64,000 nt of DNA from contig NC_043010.1 of the NCBI RefSeq assembly GCF_006345805.1, positions 8,122,001 to 8,186,000 of the forward strand, given 5' to 3'. The stretch's first letter is position 1; the number at the start of each line of letters is the position of its first letter. Made by a program: the position numbers and the translations under genes. Shown piece after piece: positions 40,067-53,899 of this stretch. Source of the stretch: Octopus sinensis (Eukaryota). Under the pieces are notes generated by a model. That model searched no databases. It had not been told where the DNA came from and worked only from the letters and a program-made list of their open reading frames with translations.

Positions 40067-41334
40067 TACATACATATATGTATAAATATATATCTGTCAA
40101 ACCGATCAACTTGTACCACTACTATTCTCCGACCAATACTGAAAGTAAAACCATGTAAAAGTAATTATATCGATAAAAGATAAGAAGATTTTTTTTTGTT
40201 TTTTTCCTATTTCGTTATTGTTTCAGAGATATTAATAAAGAGACAGCAGGCAACAGCAGTTGGCATATTTACTCATCAATTTAACAAAGCAGATGATGAA
40301 TAAGGTTCCATAAAACAAAATTCCAAAACCTCAGTGTACATAATCCATTATTAAATACTACAATAGCAATGAACTTGACAGGGGAAATGAGATGCTATTA
40401 AGACTAATAAATGAAGCTACAGAAAGCCCCCCAAATAATAAAACATATTCAAAATAAAGTATGCATTAATAATAATCTGTGAGGTTTTATGACATGATAT
40501 CGAAGTAGCAACAGAAGGTTCTTAGGGTCAAAACAAAATCAGGACAAATAATAAAATGCTTACCAAACAAATATTTATACAGCTATTTTATCCCAAATCA
40601 TACACGATTTTATGTTCATTTGCTATGCTAGACTGCGATAGATATATGACTACAAAATTGCTTCGCAGTCTGTTCTCATATGCATGGCAATTCTAAGAGT
40701 TACACTAATGTTACCTATTCTATTTTGTGTCTTCTTATTTACTCTGTCTCTTTCTTTCTCTTTCTCTCTCTCTCTCTCTCTCTACTCACCTCTCAGCCTA
40801 TCTTTCTCTTTCTCTCTATTATGTGTTATCATTTCCATATTACCATCTATTTCTCTTAATTATAGCCATACAACTTGCAGAAGTCATAACTTGCTTAGCC
40901 ATTAATATGCTGGCTTGCCAGGATTTGTGTCAAAGATCAAGCATTGTGTTTATGTCCATAACAAAGACCCTCTAACTGTCTCAATCACATTTTGCAAAGT
41001 TGTAAATAGGTATTACAGGCAGACAGTATACTACTATAAACAGCAGGGGCAATTTAACTAATAAGTTGTATTCCATATGCATGCGGAACAGAGTACACAT
41101 ATAACTACGGCCTACAAGAAACAGAACAGAAACTGTCCCTTATATCATTATCAAAGCACATGCCCAAAATAGCTATTTGACATCTCTTCTGAAGGTTTTT
41201 GAACAATAAGCACAATAGTTGCTTCACAACCATAAGGCATCTGCTGCAAAGTAAAGATAACTATAAAGTTACCTTCTCAAGTTGTTTCAACTCATAAGGA
41301 CTGGTTTCCCAGTTTCCATGGTGTAAATGGTGGA

Positions 41335-41722
41335 AGCATTCCATCGGTTACGACGATGAGTGTTCCGGTTGATCCAAATCAACGGAACAGCCTGCTCGTG
41401 AAATTAACGTGTAAGTGGCTGAGCACTCCACAGACACGTGCACCCTTAACGTAGTTCTCGGGGATATTCAGCGTGACACAGAGAGTGACAAGGCCGGCCC
41501 CTTGAAATACAGGTACAACAGAAATACAGGTACAACAGAAGTAAGAGAAAGTTGTGGTGAAAGAGTACAGCAGGGATCACCACCATCCCCTGCCGGAGCC
41601 TCGTGGAGCTTTTTTAGGTGTTTTCGCTCAATAAACGCTCACAACGCCCGGTCTGGGAATCAAAACCGCGATCCTATGACCGCGAATCCGTTGCCCTAAC
41701 CACTGGGCCATTGCGTCTCCAC
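41335..41722 (-). mobile_element. tRNA-derived SINE family D, full length
   Basis: Reverse complement of 37625-38010. Confidence 0.88.
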
Positions 41723-42307
41723 ATGGTGTAAATATTTCCCACGTGGATGGGACTCAGGTCAGTCACAACATTACTCATTTTTGCCAGCTAAGTGGACTGG
41801 AGCAATGTAAAATGAAGTGTTTTGCTCAAGAATAAAACACGTTGACCAGTCCAAGAATTGAACCCACAACCTTACAATCATGTGTCCAATACCTTAACCA
41901 CTAGGCCACATGCCTCCACCTCTGCCGCAAGGCATCTTCTAAATAGCCCAAAGCACTAGCGTAACTAGAGTCTGTGTTTCCCTGGTGAAGAGTGTACAGT
42001 CCAACATAGTTTTTTGGTTAGAGATATCAGACTTTGAGCTTGTAGGACTCAGATATAAATCAATCTAGAAAGTAAGAAATTTGAAGAGGTCTTAGTCAAA
42101 GCATTTGATGAAAAGGAGGAAGAGATAGTGTTCAACTGAAAGTTCCTAAAGGACAACCTACTGAGTGACATTGACCAAATCTGAGACTGCTGCAATGTTC
42201 TGGCCTGACAAAAGGTGACGTGTAGTTGAGAAAAGCATGAAAGTGAAAAGTGAAAAGACAGGCCAGGAATGACTGAGAAAATGGCTCCAGCAGTGAATTA
42301 TAATAAT

Positions 42308-42565
42308 TCGTGCCGGTGGCACGTAAAAGGCACCATCCGTCCGTGGCCGTTTTCCAGCTCCATCTGGCACCTGTGCAGGTGGCACGTAAAAAGCACCCAC
42401 TACACTCACGGAGTGGTTGGCGTTAGGAAGGGCATCCAGCCGTAGAAACACTGCCAGATCAGACTGGAGCCTGGTGCAGCCTTCTGGCTTCACAAACCCC
42501 AGTTGAACTGTCCAACCCATGCTAGCATGGAAAGCGGACGCTAAATGATGATGATGATGATGATA
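42308..42565 (+). mobile_element. RTE-type 3' tail element (family C)
   Basis: Family C consensus with (GAT)n tail. Confidence 0.85.
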
Positions 42566-42681
42566 ATACTAGTAGAGGATCTAGACACCAGATTTTCATA
42601 GCAAAGGGAGAAGCAGAGAGTAAAAGGTTCCCCAATGTCCTACAGAGAGAGGATCAAAAACCTGAGGAGTTTGGAATTGCA

Positions 42682-43180
42682 AGGCAGACATGGCTGTGTG
42701 GTAAGAAATTTGCTTCTCAAACACATGGTTCTGGTTTCAGTCTCACTGCAGGACACATTGGGCAAGTGTCTTCCGCTATAGCTGCAGGTGAACAAAAGCC
42801 TTGTGAGTGGATTTGGTAGGCAGAAGCCAAAAGGAGCCTGTCATGTGTGTGTGTGTGTGTGTTTGTTTGTGGGTGTGTGTGTGTGTGTGTGTGTGTGTGA
42901 GCGTGTGTGTGTGTGTGTGTTTGTGGGTGTGTGTGAGTGTGTGCGTGTGAGTGTGAGTATGTGTGTGTATATGTCTTTGTGTCTGTTTGTCCCCCACCAC
43001 CACTTGACAACTGGTGTTGGTGCATTTATGTCTCTGTAACTTAGCAATTCAGCAAAAGAGACCAATAAATAAGTAATAGGCTTAAAAGCAAATAATTCCT
43101 GGGATAGATTTGTTCAACTAAAGCCCTTCAAGGCTGTGCCCCAGCATGGCTGCAGTCAAATGACTGAAAGAATTAAAAGA
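42682..43180 (+). mobile_element. Older SINE family A copy with expanded (TG)n
   Basis: Diverged head and tail, CpG-decayed. Confidence 0.75.
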
Positions 43181-43414
43181 TACCAGAGAGAATTGAGAAG
43201 CTGTAGGTAATAAATGGTAGACTTGCACTTAGTAATTCTGAAAAGAAAGAGGCACAGAAGTGCTTCTATGAAAGGTTACATGTGTTGGTGGGGACAGACA
43301 GATTTCATCTTACCATGCAGTTGGTAGTGAGTACATGCTACTGACAATGCCAAATGAGGCAGAAATGCACATCTAGTATTCTCCCCAACCACTGCTGAGA
43401 TGGTTTTTATCTTC

Positions 43415-43740
43415 CTGGCTCAGTGGTTAGAGCGTCGAGCTTACGATCGTGAGGTTGTGAGCTCGAATCCCGGATGGGGCTGCGTGTTGTGTTCTTGAGC
43501 AAGGCACTTTATTTCACGTTGCCTCCAGTTCACTCAGCTGTAGAAATGAGTTGCTACGTCACAGGTGCCAAGCTGTATCGACCTTTGCCTTTCCCTTGGA
43601 CAACATCGGTGACGTGGAGAGGGGAGGCCGGTAGCAGGGCGGACTGCTGGTCTTCCATAAAACAACCTTGCCCAGACTTGTGCCTCAGAGGGTATCTCTC
43701 TAGGTGCAAACCCATGGTCAGTGCCTGACCGAAGGGGGTC
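43415..43740 (+). mobile_element. tRNA-derived SINE family E
   Basis: TGGCTCAGTGGTTAGAG A box and GCTCGAATCCC B box; matches the reverse copy at 49600-49945. Confidence 0.82.
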
Positions 43741-43794
43741 TTTACCCTTTTAATATGTATTTTGTTATCAAATAAAGCATAACCATAAACGATA

Positions 43795-44195
43795 TCTTTA
43801 TATATAAAAGTGAGGTTGTGTGCTGTCTGTCTCCTACGATTTAGATTCCTAACTACTCCCACATTTTGCGGTGCAGTTTAACCAAAACCGGGTATCTTAT
43901 AGTCGTGATTCATATCGAGCCCTTCTGGGTATTAGCGCGTGTCTACGATCAGTCTACGATTTTAAAAAAAATTTACCATCATTTTTTTCCATTTTAATGC
44001 ATTTTTTCGCTATTATATAGGGGAAGTAACTCTCTAAAAATGTCTACGGTGAGTCAACGATTTAAAAAAAAATTTACCATCACTTTTTTTCCATTTTTAA
44101 TGCATTTTTTTGCTATTTTTTGGCTATAACTCTCTAAAAATGCTTATATAGTTATTTCCCTTACAAACCCGAGCAACGCCGGGCGATACTGCTAG
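43795..44195 (+). mobile_element. Non-autonomous Helitron, family 1
   Basis: A|TC 5' end (TCTTTATATATAAAAGTGAGG), 3' hairpin CCCGAGCAACGCCGGG, CTAG|T end, no TSD. Confidence 0.88.
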
Positions 44196-47100
44196 TTGTA
44201 TCTAAATGAACACAGCAGTGATGTAACCCAACAGTACTTTGTGATGTATTTACACTAAGTGTGATACACAGATGGTTATTAAGCACACACACACACGGAC
44301 GCACATGCACACACACACACACACACACACATATGGTATGGAGTGTGGTAAGATGCTTGTTTCCCAACAATAGGTTTCCAGGTTCAGTCCCACTGCATGG
44401 TACCTTGGCCAAATGTCTTCTACTATAGCCCCAGGCTATAATGCATAAATTTAATTATAATTACTATGGTTATAATTCTTTTCTTACATATTTGTATTGT
44501 CCTTTGAAACATGTGTATGTATTGAATCTTTTTCCCCTTCATTTTTCTATAATTGTTTATGGCATTTTTATACCTATAACAATATTTTTCAACTATATGT
44601 GTGTGTGTGTGTGTTGTTTGTATATGTCTATGTGTGTGGTGTGTGTGGTGATTTAATGCACCTGTCTCTCAAACACAGAACACTCTGTTCAGTCTTTTCT
44701 TTCAGAACTACAGCTCTGAGGAACCCTTTCTCAAGCAATTCTGTCCCAACAGACACTAAGGTACAAACGTTAAAGACAAAGATCAAGGATTTTGGTCATA
44801 CCTTTCTGGAAGGGCCTACAATTTCCAGAGTGCTAATTCTTTTTCTCTGACTAAAGATTAAATTTAATCAAGTACATATTTGTTTTACGTGTCGGGATAA
44901 TAGTTCCAAGCCCTGTTCAGTAGTCTCTACATATCTAAGCAACATAAAATTTCATTTGAATAAGTAGTAGAATTCACGAAGGATAAGTGTAAATGCTAAA
45001 GATTATCTTTTGTGTTAGACTTAAAATGAGAAAATATCAACATCTATCTGGATTTACCTAATTAAATAACTTGATTTATTCAAAAGGATATCAACGAACT
45101 ATTTACAGTAACAATGCTGCAACAGAATGGCTGAAGCCAACAAAGAATAGTAATTAAGCATTAGATATATGGCCAGCTGTCAGTAATTTGTGGTTATTGC
45201 TGCAAATTTTAAGCTTGTATTTGCAAAAGCTTAGGTCTCTTTGTCAGGTAACCAATCAGAAATGGAAAGTTATGCCTAACTCCAAGTGAGATTAAATAGA
45301 TTAACTACAATCCCACTGCAACTAGCAAGGAAAAAGATAATTATGAAATACAAGCAACTTCTAAAACAGACTCTGATACAGTGTAATATCAAATTTGCAT
45401 TATAAATATTTTATGTGACTCAATCATTTGGGGGATGTATGAACAAGTAATTTAAAATATATATTATAGAACAAATATTAAAAAAAAAAAAGAAAGAAAA
45501 TTATAGCATCTTATTATAAAATCTAAAATACATATCTAAGTATATGTGACACTTCAATAATGAATTTGTCAGCATTAAAATGTTTTGGAAATCTGTATTT
45601 CATATTTCCAAAACAATGGTACTATGGCAGAATAAAACTTTGAATTGCATTAACTAGAATACAAAGATGAATATTTTCTTTTACTGTTTTAAATAAATTT
45701 ATTGGAAACAAAACAATATATTTTGCTAAATAACAATTGTTTCTCTGTCAGCTTCTTTTATCTATTAGAATTTATAAAGAGGTATAATTTAAAGATGTTG
45801 AAATATTATTGTTGTTCAGTATGTTATTTAGTATGTCATTTTGACACCTCACCTCGAGAATTACTTCTATGCAATTTATAAATCCTGAAACTAACTTTAT
45901 TGTGAGCTATTGTTTCTAAATTATAGTTATATATATATAATTTCAATTGGCTGTGTTAGACTCATATACTATCATATTGTCTTACCTGTATTCATTGTTT
46001 GTAATTTAGACAGGTTTCTTTTGAGATTTTACAAACTGAAATTACTCAGAACATATACTTAACAAAACTAAGAAATATTTTAAACTTAACTTGGAATTTT
46101 TGTTCAGCCAAGTTAGCAAATAAAAGAAAGGAAAATTTCCAGAATGAATTCACTGTCAGCAATTACTCTAAAATCTTAAAGAATCTCTCTTGAAAAAGAG
46201 AATTTTAAAAAAAAATGTAGAATGTTTTATCACAATTTTTGAAAGGGAATAAATACAAAACATTCATGCATATGATTGAAAGAATCACAGATAAAAAAGA
46301 AAAAAATACTTTGGTGAATATCATATATTTAACCAAAGCCATCTTCAGAATGAAAATATATTACTTGTTCAATAAAAAGCAGTTAGAGAGATAAAACTGA
46401 TATCAACAATGATAACATTCAGATTCCAATCAAATGTAGAACAATTAAATCATTTAATTTTGATTGATTTAAATGTCTGTGGTTTTAATGATACTAGTGT
46501 TAATAAGACAGTTTTGAAAAGTGGTATCTGTTCGTTAAATGATATATTTCCCTGTTAAGTAATTTCCTTTGTAAAACTCAAAATCAACTCTAGTCACTTC
46601 TAATTAAATAATTGAATAATTGCATTCATAGAATGTAAGTGGATCATTGATATGTTGTTGCATTCTGATTAATAGAAATAATGGTTCTCTTCTATTCTTT
46701 CTCAAGTAATGCAATACTACTAATGTAGCTGTTGCTCATTCTACCAAAGTGATTTGTGCTCTATTCACTGACTCTGAGTTTATGGTAAATATTATCATTT
46801 ATATTTAGTGTACTTTATGACAGCGCTCACTGAATTCTCTGATAATTTTACATCCATTTCTATATATTTCACATATGAACTCACTTCATACATTCCATCA
46901 ACCAAATGCTTAAAGTCAAGGCTGAGCACTTTTTGCTATCTGTGACATTATCAAAGGCCTTTAAAACTGGTACAGAAAAAAGTACTTAAATTTATTTCAA
47001 ATAGAATTTAATTTGAACATTGCAATCAGTGTTCTTAGAATATAAAGATTTCGTATTATTGACACTGGATTAAAACTGAGGAATAAATCCACAAAAATGA

Positions 47101-47599
47101 CTGAGGTTAAAAGACAATGTATTGCAGGATTGAAAACAATATCAAGATGAGTATTGCCAGAATCAATGTAAGACATTCCAAGCCTTCTCAAAACATAAGC
47201 CATCAGTTCTTTATATGTTTTTTTTTTTTTTAAATCCAATTTATATATTCTCCAAAATGTGTTTGAGTTCATGAAATAGTTTCACTCATAAATTCCGACT
47301 AAAATACCTTACAGAGGACTGATTGACTGATTTATCAAATTATCAGATCTGAATACCACTCACATATCAATCAACATTCTGCAAATTATATCAATCTAGA
47401 TAACATCTATGTTTTTGTTCTCTCTTTTCAGCACCAGGCTTCTTTTAATTTGACACAAATTCTTCACATAGACTTATTTTGCACAGTCTTAATTAAATTA
47501 TCTCATAATATATCATACTATTCTATACATTTTAGGCTTATATTCATCGTTGTCATCATCATCATCATTTAATACCCATGTGCCTCGTCTAGCACTTGT

Positions 47600-47790
47600 G
47601 TCGGTGGCACGTAAAAAGCACCCACTACACTCACGGAGTGGTTGGCATTAGGAAGGGCATCCAGCTGTAGAAACACTGCCAGATCTGACTGGCCTGATGC
47701 AGCCTTCGGGCTTCCCAGACCAACCCATGCTAGCATGGAAAACGGATGTTAAACGATGATGATGATGATGTTCCATACCAGCATGGGTTG
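47600..47790 (+). mobile_element. RTE-type 3' tail (family C) followed by a short inverted tail fragment
   Basis: CAACCCATGCTAGCATGGAA...(GAT)n...TTCCATACCAGCATGGGTTG. Confidence 0.75.
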
Positions 47791-48456
47791 GGCAATCTTA
47801 TGGGATCTGATGGGTCCAAGGACTGCTCCGTGCAGCAGTGTCTGTTTTGGCATGACTTCAGTGGTCTGACACCCTTCCAAATGCCAGCTACTTTACAATG
47901 TGCACTAGGTGCTTTTCTCATGGAAAACAATTTTCTATTTTTTCTTTTGATAAAAGCATCTGCCTAATAAAACATGACCTGCTGTCTTTTCCTGATGGCA
48001 TTAAAATTTATTCCATTGTTTAAACTACTTGCATTACAATATGCAAACGCAGATAACAACTAGATTCTTTGGATTCTATTATTATTATATTATTTTGTAA
48101 AACCAATAATAGCAATTCTGATAGAAAATTAATTTTTTACTTATAATGTTCCTCTATACTGAGCACAGATACTTCTTTGGTTAGCGTTCTGAGTCATGTT
48201 CTTTTTAAGATTTCAATATTCCAGCCTAATGCTTTTACACATTTCATTGTTTCAAAACTGCATCTATATTAAGAACCAAACTGTCTGCATTCAGATATTT
48301 CTGTAGACATCAAGTTTCATTATATATTTTGGAATACTGAAAGTTCCAAAATGCGTTTATACCAAGTTGAAGAATGAGAATATAACCACAGGAAACAGTT
48401 ACTTCATGCAACGATGTCTTCAAAACTTTGTAGCTTGAAGTGTTAGAACATTTTAA

Positions 48457-48676
48457 CCCTTTCGTTACCAACCCAGCTGAAACCGGCTCTGACTCTGAGT
48501 ATAAATGTCTTGTTTTCATAAGTTCTGAATTAAAATCTTCCACCAAATCTTAGTCACAATTTATGTTCCTAACACTAGCTGAATGGTAACTAAGTCATTT
48601 TACTAAATTCTTTGTTATATTTAAAGTAATAGAAAGAAACGCAAAGCATCTCAAAATAAATACAGTAATGAAAGGG
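48457..48676. mobile_element. piggyBac-type MITE
   Basis: TTAA|CCCTTTCGTTAC ... GTAATGAAAGGG|TTAA (TTAA at 48453-48456 and 48677-48680). Confidence 0.88.
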
Positions 48677-48721
48677 TTAAACACACCAAAAACACAGGAC
48701 CAAAGTACAATATATATATAT

Positions 48722-48937
48722 ATTTTTTTACTTGTTTCGGTCATTAGACTAAGGCCATGCTGGGGCACCACCTTGAAGAATTTTTTTGTTGAATGTATCG
48801 ACCCCAGTACTTATTTTTTTAAAGCTTCGTACTTATTCTATCAATCTCTTTTGCCAAACCACTAAGTTACGATGATGTAAACACGCCTGCACCAATAGTC
48901 AAGCAGTGGTGGGGGGACAAGCACAAACACACACACA

Positions 48938-48995
<58 letters not shown>

Positions 48996-49229
48996 CGACA
49001 GGCTTCTTTCAGTTTCCTTCTACCAAATCCACTTATAAAGCTTTGGTTGGCTCAGCTGTGGCCATGCTGGAGGTACTAGCTTGAAAGGTTTTGTTGAAGA
49101 AACCAACCACAAGTAGTTAATTTTTCAAGTCTGGAACTTGAAAAATAAATGCTTGCTGAACCACTAAGTTACAGAGGTGTAAACAAACCAACACCAGTTA
49201 TCAATCAGTTGTGAGGGACAAACATAAAG

Positions 49230-49270
<41 letters not shown>

Positions 49271-49420
49271 CACATGTACATAATGGGCTTCCATACAGTT
49301 TCTATTTTCCAAATTCACTCACAAGGCACAAGGCATTGGTCAGCCAACAGTGAGACTGAACCTGTAACCATATGGTTGCAAAACAGGCTTGTTAACCACA
49401 CAGCCATGCCTATGCCCGTT
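48722..49420 (-). mobile_element. Composite of two diverged SINE family A copies
   Basis: Two partial reverse copies with (CA)n/(TA)n cores. Confidence 0.7.
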
Positions 49421-49599
49421 ATACACTATTATAAAAGAATATATAAGTGCAGTAGACTAGCAGAATCATTGGAAAAATTGCTGTACATCATATCCCTCAG
49501 TGTCATTAAAATTGAATAATATATGCCAGTCTAGAACTATGGTAGATATAATCAATTAAACACCCACTTGTTGCAATACTTTGACCTTATATCTATATT

Positions 49600-49945
49600 A
49601 AAAAGAGTAAAGACACCCTTCAGTCATGAATGACCATAGTATTGAACCTAGAAAGTTACCCTCCGAGGCACAAGTCTGGACAAGATTGTTTATAGAAGAC
49701 CAGCAGTCACCCATGCATACCGGTGTCCCCTCTCCACATGACTGATGTTGTCCAAGGGAAAGGCAAAGGGGCCGATACAGCTTTGCATCAGTGATGTCAC
49801 AACTCATTTCTACAGATGAGTGAACTGGAGCAACATGAAATAAAGTGTCTTGCTCAAGAACACAACTCGCAGCCCGGTCGAGGAATTGAACTCGCTACTT
49901 CATGATTGTGAGCCTGATGTTCTAACCACTGAGCCATGCACCCTT
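49600..49945 (-). mobile_element. tRNA-derived SINE family E
   Basis: Reverse complement of 43415-43740. Confidence 0.8.
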
Positions 49946-50437
49946 ACATATCTCTTTGGGACAATTATTAAAAAATGTATAACCTGTTTTCATGGAAAAA
50001 AAATATGATATATATACACATATATATATATATAAATATATATACGTACCTGCTTGATCTTTAGGGTGTTGTTTGTCTTCCTTGTTACAGTCAAGTTTAC
50101 TATTACATGGAATCGTAGAAACACCACAATAGCGATAAGGAAATAAAACAGCTGAGTCCCTCTCTTTCCATTGACTGGCATCGTTTGACTCCTGTGTGGA
50201 GAGCAGAAAGAAAGAGAAACATGAAACCTTTTCGTATCGAAGAAATAAAAGAATGAATCACAAGGGAGGTAATATTATACCAAGCTTTTGATTAAGATAA
50301 ATAATTAATAAAAGATATCAACTTAATTCTATTAGAGTTTGTTTTTTTTTTTTGAAGGAGAGTGGGGTTAGCACAATAACAGCAATAAGTCATATTCTAT
50401 TTTGTATTTGATGACTAAGGGTTAAAGAATGGGAAAA

Positions 50438-50794
50438 TCTTTATATATAAAAGTCAAGGTGCTCCAGCATGGCCGCAGTCAAATGACTGAAACAAGTAAA
50501 AGATAAAAGATAAAAGATTGTGTGTCTGTCTCCTACGATTTAGATTCCTAACTACTCCCATATTTTGCGGTGCAGTTTAACCAAAACCGGGTATCTTATA
50601 GTCGTGATTCATATCGAGCCCTTCTGGGTATTGACGCGCGTCTACGATGAGTCTACGATTTAAAAAAAATTTACCATAATTTTTTCCCATTTTTAATGCA
50701 ATTTTTTGCTATAACATAAGGGAAGTAACTCTCTAAAAATGCTTATATAGTTTTTTCGCTTACAAACCCGAGCAATGCCGGGCGATACTGCTAG
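50438..50794 (+). mobile_element. Non-autonomous Helitron, family 1, containing a SINE-A 3' tail (~50459-50517)
   Basis: A|TC start, CCCGAGCAATGCCGGG hairpin, CTAG|T end. Confidence 0.87.
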
Positions 50795-51579
50795 TCTGGT
50801 CTAAAGGTAATTTGTTTAGTGTTGGTTATTTTATATTAAATCGCATTTCGTGGATAATTAAGTCATTTGTTGTAGGTTTCTAATTAGACAAGCACTGGTC
50901 TATGTCATTTCTGATTGAAAAATGAATAAGTGATTATATATGTATTGTACTATATTGGGTAGAAAGAATACTACAAGATATTTGTTCTGCCCTATGTTCA
51001 AAAGCTCCAGTTTATTGATTTTTCTGGCTAATATTGACATCTTTTTTAAGGTAGCTAACTAACAGAATCATAAACACATTATCAAAATGTTTAGTGGCAT
51101 TTCATCTATCTTTAAGTTCTGAGTTCAAATTCCACCAAGGTTGATTTTGCCTTTCATCCTGTCTAAGAAGCACACTGCTAGAATGGCCTTTGTTGGAGGT
51201 CCACTCAATAACAGCTGGTCTGGGGGCTAAACAGCAATATCAGTATCATCGACATCATCATAAGCCAACAAGGAAATATCTATTTGGTTGTTTGAACTTG
51301 CTAAAAATAACAGCCAAATTTCTTTTCAAATTACACATATGTGCATATGTGCATGTATGTATATATATATATATATTAATATACTTTTCAATCCCTTTAA
51401 CAATTCACAATAATGACTTTTATTACTTTTATCCTACCTCAGTTCATCTAAATGTATATATCTATCATTACTTTTCATAAAAAGCCTTTAATTCTTTTGA
51501 TTTCCAATCTGCATTTTTGCTTATTTTTCTTACTTTCCCCTTACATTTCCACGTGTAGTTTCTATTTTCTTTTTGTAAC

Positions 51580-51589
51580 ATATTTCTAT

Positions 51590-51643
<54 letters not shown>

Positions 51644-51745
51644 AATATATATATATGTGTCTGTATGTATATATATATCTATATATATACACATGCACAT
51701 ATATATGTATATATGTATATATACATACATATACACATAGTAAAA

Positions 51746-51792
<47 letters not shown>

Positions 51793-51870
51793 GCACATAT
51801 ATATGTGTATATGTATATATACATACATATACACATAGTAAAATATATGTATGTGTCTGTGTATGCACGT
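51580..51870. repeat. (AT)n/(AC)n compound microsatellite
   Basis: Directly visible. Confidence 0.95.
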
Positions 51871-52799
51871 ACGGACGAATAAGTAGTCTGAGATAAAGCA
51901 TCTGCATAAACCGGAGGATCACAGCTAGAATGCTTTTGATCATAGATTTGCTTGACCATTGCTAAATAACAATAATATCTCTCAGAACTGTTTTGATGTA
52001 ATGTAAAATTTATCTCGGCTATCCATCTCTCTTATCACATTTCTAAAAGATCCTAACTGATGGCAAATATAGATTAAACCGTTTTGGCAATAATTGTTGG
52101 CCTGAAATAGAAAGTTTTCACATAACCACATAAATCCTTTGGAAGTTGTTTTTGGAGCAAGAATGTAGGACGGCTACTGAAAATAATCAAAAATAATTTG
52201 GGGATGAACACAGTATGATACATAATGAAACCAAAGAGTTAAACAGATTATATTAGAAAGTAACCAGAAATTTAAATGAATTAGTGTCATTAAGTCTCTG
52301 GAATGATTAAAAAGCTATAAAAGAATGACTAAGATGATACATTGAGATTTGTAAAAATCACCCATTTTTTTTTTTTTTTTGTGAAATGTCTAGAATGTTC
52401 TAAATTAAAAGTAGTGCATCTTTCCAACTAAAAAAACAAAAAGGCAATAATCTACAGAAAGGTATATTTCTAGAACAGTTTTTCCCAACTGGGGTTTCAC
52501 ATAATGTTGCTAGGGATTCCAGGAGAAATAGTGATGAATATTTTTGAGGATTCTTTTTTGTATTTAATTTTATATTTCTTATTTTATATAGGCACAGGCA
52601 TAGCTGTGTGGTTAAGAAATTCATTTCCCATGCAAAGCACTTTAGGCAAGTGTTTCTTTTTTTACTATGGACCTGCTTTGACCAATGCTTTATGAGTGAA
52701 TCTGAGAGGCATATATGGCACCCCTTGTGAGTAGATTTAAAGACAAGTGTGTGTGCGTGTGCATACATGCATGCACATGTGTGTGTGTTTATATTAATA

Positions 52800-53113
52800 G
52801 GGCTGGCCCCCGTTCTGGTGGCACGTAAAAAGCACCATCTGTCCGTGGCCGTTTGCCAGCCTCGTCAGGCCCCCGTGCCGGTGGCATGTAAAAAGCACCA
52901 TCCGTCCATGGCCGTTTGCCAGCCCCGTCTGGCACCTGTGCGGGTGGCACATAAAAAGCACCCACTACACTCACGGAGTGGTTGGCGTTAGGAAGGGCAT
53001 CCAGCTGTAGAAACACTGCCAGATCAGACTGGGCCTGGCGCAGCCTCCTGGCTTCCCAGACCCCAATTGCACCATGCTAGCATGGAAAGTGGACGCTAAA
53101 TGATGATGATGAT
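52800..53113 (+). mobile_element. RTE-type 3' tail element (family C) with two ~63-bp 5' tandem subunits
   Basis: GGCA(C/T)GTAAAAAGCACCAT unit twice, then the family C body and (GAT)n. Confidence 0.85.
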
Positions 53114-53539
53114 GTGTTTGTGTGTGTGTATACTTCTGTATCTTTGTCCTGATGTCACATGACTGTTGTAAATGAATGTCGTTCATTTCCAGTATTCTGC
53201 AAAAACATGTCTGGGGAAGTATTAGTTTGTTTGGTGACCTATGTGGTCAGCATAGATAAAGTTAGAACTGATGGAAAAAATATTATAGACGAATATGTTC
53301 ATAGATCTACCAAGTACAACAAATGTTACACAAGAAATCAAAAGGGAGGTTTTGTAACCTTTGCATATTTCTATCCATATTGTATGGATTGAAACATAGC
53401 TAACATTTCCTTTTGTGTCACTCTATTCCAAATGAACTCTTCTCAACAGAAGCTACAAAAATTCTTCCAAATTCTTGTGAATACTTTTGACTTCTAGATG
53501 CCTTGAAAGAATTTTCAAGTTAGCATCTCTTATATCATT

Positions 53540-53575
<36 letters not shown>

Positions 53576-53899
53576 GATCAAAAGTCTTCCCCAATTCATA
53601 GCCTCATAAGGTTGTTTTCCCAGATTCTGTGGCATATAAATTTCCCCCCACACATAGGGCACCAGTCTGTTACAGAATTACTCATTTTTGCCTGCTAAGT
53701 GAAGTAGAGCAACATAAAATGAAGTATTTTGCTCAAGTACACAACGCATTGTGTCCTGGAATTGAAACCACATCTTACACTCACAAGTGTAACACCCCTA
53801 ACTACTAAGCTACATGCATCCACACATATATCATTAGTTACTAAGAAAGATCATTGGCATCAAATGACTTTAGAATCTTAAATGATACATACTATTTCT

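Noticed and set aside
44497-44850. 117-aa plus-strand ORF with an internal acceptor/donor
   Set aside because: The first half is TG microsatellite, and there is no other plus-strand exon or recognisable domain.
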